A DNA stretch of 64,000 nt, taken from contig JASGMR010000003.1 of assembly GCA_030156385.1 (NCBI GenBank), positions 250 to 64,249 of the forward strand, read 5' to 3'. The number at the start of each line of letters is the position of its first letter. The stretch's first letter is position 1. The notes beneath the pieces are model-generated. The model was not told where the DNA came from. It saw only the letters and a list, made by a program, of their open reading frames with translations, and searched no databases. Below are positions 61,622 through 64,000 of the stretch, piece after piece. This DNA is from Kosmotogales bacterium (GTDB lineage Bacteria; Thermotogota; Thermotogae; Petrotogales; Kosmotogaceae). The position numbers and the translations under genes are program-made.

Positions 61622-62815
61622 TTGGAATTAAAATTTTTAACTATAGATGACTATGATGAATTTTATAAATTGAATAGCTTTGCATTTACAGTTTCAAGGG
61701 ATATTTCCGTTCCCGTATCAAAGCACCTGAAAGATGTTTTGAAAGATGATTCAGTTATAAAACTCGGTGCTTTTGAAAATGATAAAATGATTTCCTCTCT
61801 TATAATTCTTAAGATAGAGATGAACTTCAGAAATTCGGTTATAAAGATGGGTGGAATAGGGAATGTCTGTTCTTCTTCCATTTACAGAAGTAAAGGCGGA
61901 GTTAAGTTTCTGATGGAAAAAACTTTTGAACTATTGAACCGCGAAAATATTCCCATTTCTGTTCTTTATCCCTTCAGTACGGCTTTTTACAGAAAGTTCG
62001 GATATGAAATTTTTGATGAAAGAAAAGAATTCATCGTTCCGCCCGGTGAAATTAAAGATTTTGAATTGAAAAGTGATGGATATGAGATTATAGAATACTC
62101 TGTTATCGATGAAATTGATGAAAAACTAATCGAAGAATTGAATAGTTTAACCGGAGATAGATATAATTTCATAGTCAGAAATAGAGAACACTGGAAAAGA
62201 GAACTCACACTCTGGATGCCCAATGATGTTGCAAAAAAATTAATTCTATTTAAAAATGAAGATGAAGTTCAGGGTTATATTATCTGTGGTCAAAAGGTGG
62301 ACGATGGAGAAGGATCATTAACTGTAAGAGAGTTTGTCTATAAAAATGAGGAAGTAAAAAGACTTATTTTTAAAATGCTTAAAGGATTATCCTTTCAGTT
62401 CAGTAAAATTGTTCTCATTGTTCCATCCGATTTTGTTTTGTGGCCATATGTGAAAAATTATAATTTTATTAAAAGAAAAATTGTAGATACCCCGATGATA
62501 AGAATTGTAAACTTACTGGATTTAAATGGGATGAAAGTCGATGGTGAAGATTTTTCCCTCGTTATCAAGATAAATGATAAAAATTGTGAGTGGAATAATG
62601 GAGTTTTTGTGATTGAATTAAAAGATGGAGTATTATATATTAAGAAAAGTGAAGAAAATCCTGAAATAGAATTGTCCATCGGACAGTTATCGAGTGTTTT
62701 ATCCGGTTTTACAAATTTTGAGGAATTGATTAAAATGAATTTTATAAAGGTGAATGAAAACTACTCTGATCAGGATTTTAAGAAAAAAACAACATTTATT
62801 AACCAGCATTTTTAA
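61622..62815 (+). CDS. Eis-family GNAT acetyltransferase
   Basis: MGGIGNV..YRSKG, SVLYPFS..FYRKFGYE, D..CEWNNG SCP-like C-terminus. Confidence 0.88.
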   Translation: MELKFLTIDDYDEFYKLNSFAFTVSRDISVPVSKHLKDVLKDDSVIKLGAFENDKMISSLIILKIEMNFRNSVIKMGGIGNVCSSSIYRSKGGVKFLMEKTFELLNRENIPISVLYPFSTAFYRKFGYEIFDERKEFIVPPGEIKDFELKSDGYEIIEYSVIDEIDEKLIEELNSLTGDRYNFIVRNREHWKRELTLWMPNDVAKKLILFKNEDEVQGYIICGQKVDDGEGSLTVREFVYKNEEVKRLIFKMLKGLSFQFSKIVLIVPSDFVLWPYVKNYNFIKRKIVDTPMIRIVNLLDLNGMKVDGEDFSLVIKINDKNCEWNNGVFVIELKDGVLYIKKSEENPEIELSIGQLSSVLSGFTNFEELIKMNFIKVNENYSDQDFKKKTTFINQHF

Positions 62816-62824
62816 GGAGGAATT

Positions 62825-63628
62825 ATGAAGATAGGAATTTTGGGGGTTGGAAATATCGGTGATCTTTTCCTTCAAAGATTATTGGAAGAAGATGGAGATA
62901 ATTCTTATTATATTTTCGATCCGGAAAAGGAAAAAACGAAGAAATATCATTCTGATGAGAGAGTAACCGTTTGTAAAACAGAAGAGAACGTCATAAATAA
63001 TTCTGAAGTAATCATTCCCTGTGTCAAACCCCAGTATGCGGAAAATGTTCTGATAAAATTCCAGAGTTCTCAGAATAAAGATGCATTGATCATAAGTCCA
63101 ATAACTGGATTCAACATACATAAGATAAAACATGTTTCCGGTATGAATAAAATAGTTACTATAATGCCCAATCTTCCCGCGTATGTTGGTGAAGGACTGA
63201 CATTATATTGTCTTTCGGATGATATAAATAAAAACGATCTGGAAATTATGAAAAAAATTCTTTCGTCCCTTGGCAAATTCACACAGATAAAGGAGAGAGA
63301 TTTCCCCGCTGTAACCGCCCTCTGTGGAAGCAATCCAGCTTTTATTTTTGTGATAATCGAATCTATGATAGATGCGGGTATAAAAATGGGCTTTTCATAT
63401 GAAAAATCGAAAGAAATGGTATTGCAGACCATAATAGGCTCGGCAAAGCTGATCAAAAAAACCGGGATGCATCCTGGAATTGCCAAGAATACGGTTACTT
63501 CGCCAGCGGGAACTACGATAGAAGGTATATATTTTATGGAAAAAAATGGTTTAAGGGGAACTATTTTGGAAGCTCTTATAACCACATACGATAAAGCCAA
63601 AGAATTCTATGATACTTACAAGGAGTGA
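62825..63628 (+). CDS. proC: Pyrroline-5-carboxylate reductase
   Basis: GVGNIG, VKPQ, MPN, GSNPAF, VTSPAGTT. Confidence 0.95.
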   Translation: MKIGILGVGNIGDLFLQRLLEEDGDNSYYIFDPEKEKTKKYHSDERVTVCKTEENVINNSEVIIPCVKPQYAENVLIKFQSSQNKDALIISPITGFNIHKIKHVSGMNKIVTIMPNLPAYVGEGLTLYCLSDDINKNDLEIMKKILSSLGKFTQIKERDFPAVTALCGSNPAFIFVIIESMIDAGIKMGFSYEKSKEMVLQTIIGSAKLIKKTGMHPGIAKNTVTSPAGTTIEGIYFMEKNGLRGTILEALITTYDKAKEFYDTYKE

Positions 63629-63634
63629 CAATTC

Positions 63635-64000
63635 TTGAACATAACTACTCAGGCAAAAAAAGTGAAAGAATCCAGTTTGATATTGATGAAACTCACAAAT
63701 GAAGAGAAGAACAAAGCATTGCTGAAGATTTCAGAATCAATTTTGAATAATAAAGAAGAAATTTTAAAAGCCAATAGAATAGATGTTGAAAATGCTGAAA
63801 AGAAAGGTATAAAACGTTCTTTGATAGACAGATTATTGCTCACCGAAAAGAGAATTTTAGAAATGGCTCAGGCGTGTGAAAAAGTTGCCGCTTTAGATGA
63901 TCCGGTGGGTGAAATTCTGACATCATGGCTTCAGGAAGACGGATTGAGAATATCGAAGATAAGAGTTCCGATTGGATCAATAGGCATAATATATGAATCG
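63635..64000 (+). CDS. proA: Gamma-glutamyl phosphate reductase, 3' truncated by window edge (not in ORF track)
   Basis: TTG start after AAGGAG; KNKAL, ILKANRID, LIDRLLL, LDDPVGE, RVPIGSIGIIYES. Confidence 0.93.
   Translation, partial: MNITTQAKKVKESSLILMKLTNEEKNKALLKISESILNNKEEILKANRIDVENAEKKGIKRSLIDRLLLTEKRILEMAQACEKVAALDDPVGEILTSWLQEDGLRISKIRVPIGSIGIIYES

Noticed and set aside
1..64000. CRISPR arrays, tRNA/rRNA/tmRNA, IS elements, prophage genes
   Set aside because: Intergenic gaps are short and show no repeat-spacer or tRNA patterns; no transposase, integrase or phage ORFs recognised. Read by eye, so small RNAs could be missed

Overview
A 64-kb, AT-rich (roughly one-third GC by eye) chromosomal segment, most consistent with a Thermotogota bacterium. 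This assignment is an inference from thyX, a POTRA/Omp85 protein, Thermotoga-like RibF/RuvA/RbfA and Fn3-repeat surface proteins. Most of the window is housekeeping: a nucleoside-type ABC transporter, guaA, thyX, PPi-PFK, glgP, rbfA-truB-ribF, valS-folC-ruvA, glmU-prs-rplY-pth-uvrB-smpB and manC-pepV-eis-proC-proA. No tRNA, rRNA, CRISPR array or intact transposase/integrase was seen. Notable parts: (1) a YtrA/GntR-type operon with an operator palindrome and two unannotated micro-ORFs; (2) a higher-GC, Firmicutes-like BceAB-BceRS module with decayed flanks at the 3' end of guaA; (3) a DRTGG/CBS-kinase/PHP/HATPase signalling cluster with no hydrogenase genes; (4) the best candidate for an undescribed system, an exported CapD-like gamma-glutamyl hydrolase plus DUF6305, three paralogous M14 Zn-carboxypeptidases, a DctM-like permease and a 49-aa membrane peptide, plausibly a poly-gamma-glutamate/gamma-glutamyl-peptide scavenging pathway, preceded by a triple-chagasin protein; (5) a RibF that has lost its kinase motif; (6) a membrane-anchored rod of about 12 Fn3 domains. 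All family calls come from motif recognition and remembered sequences, not database searches.
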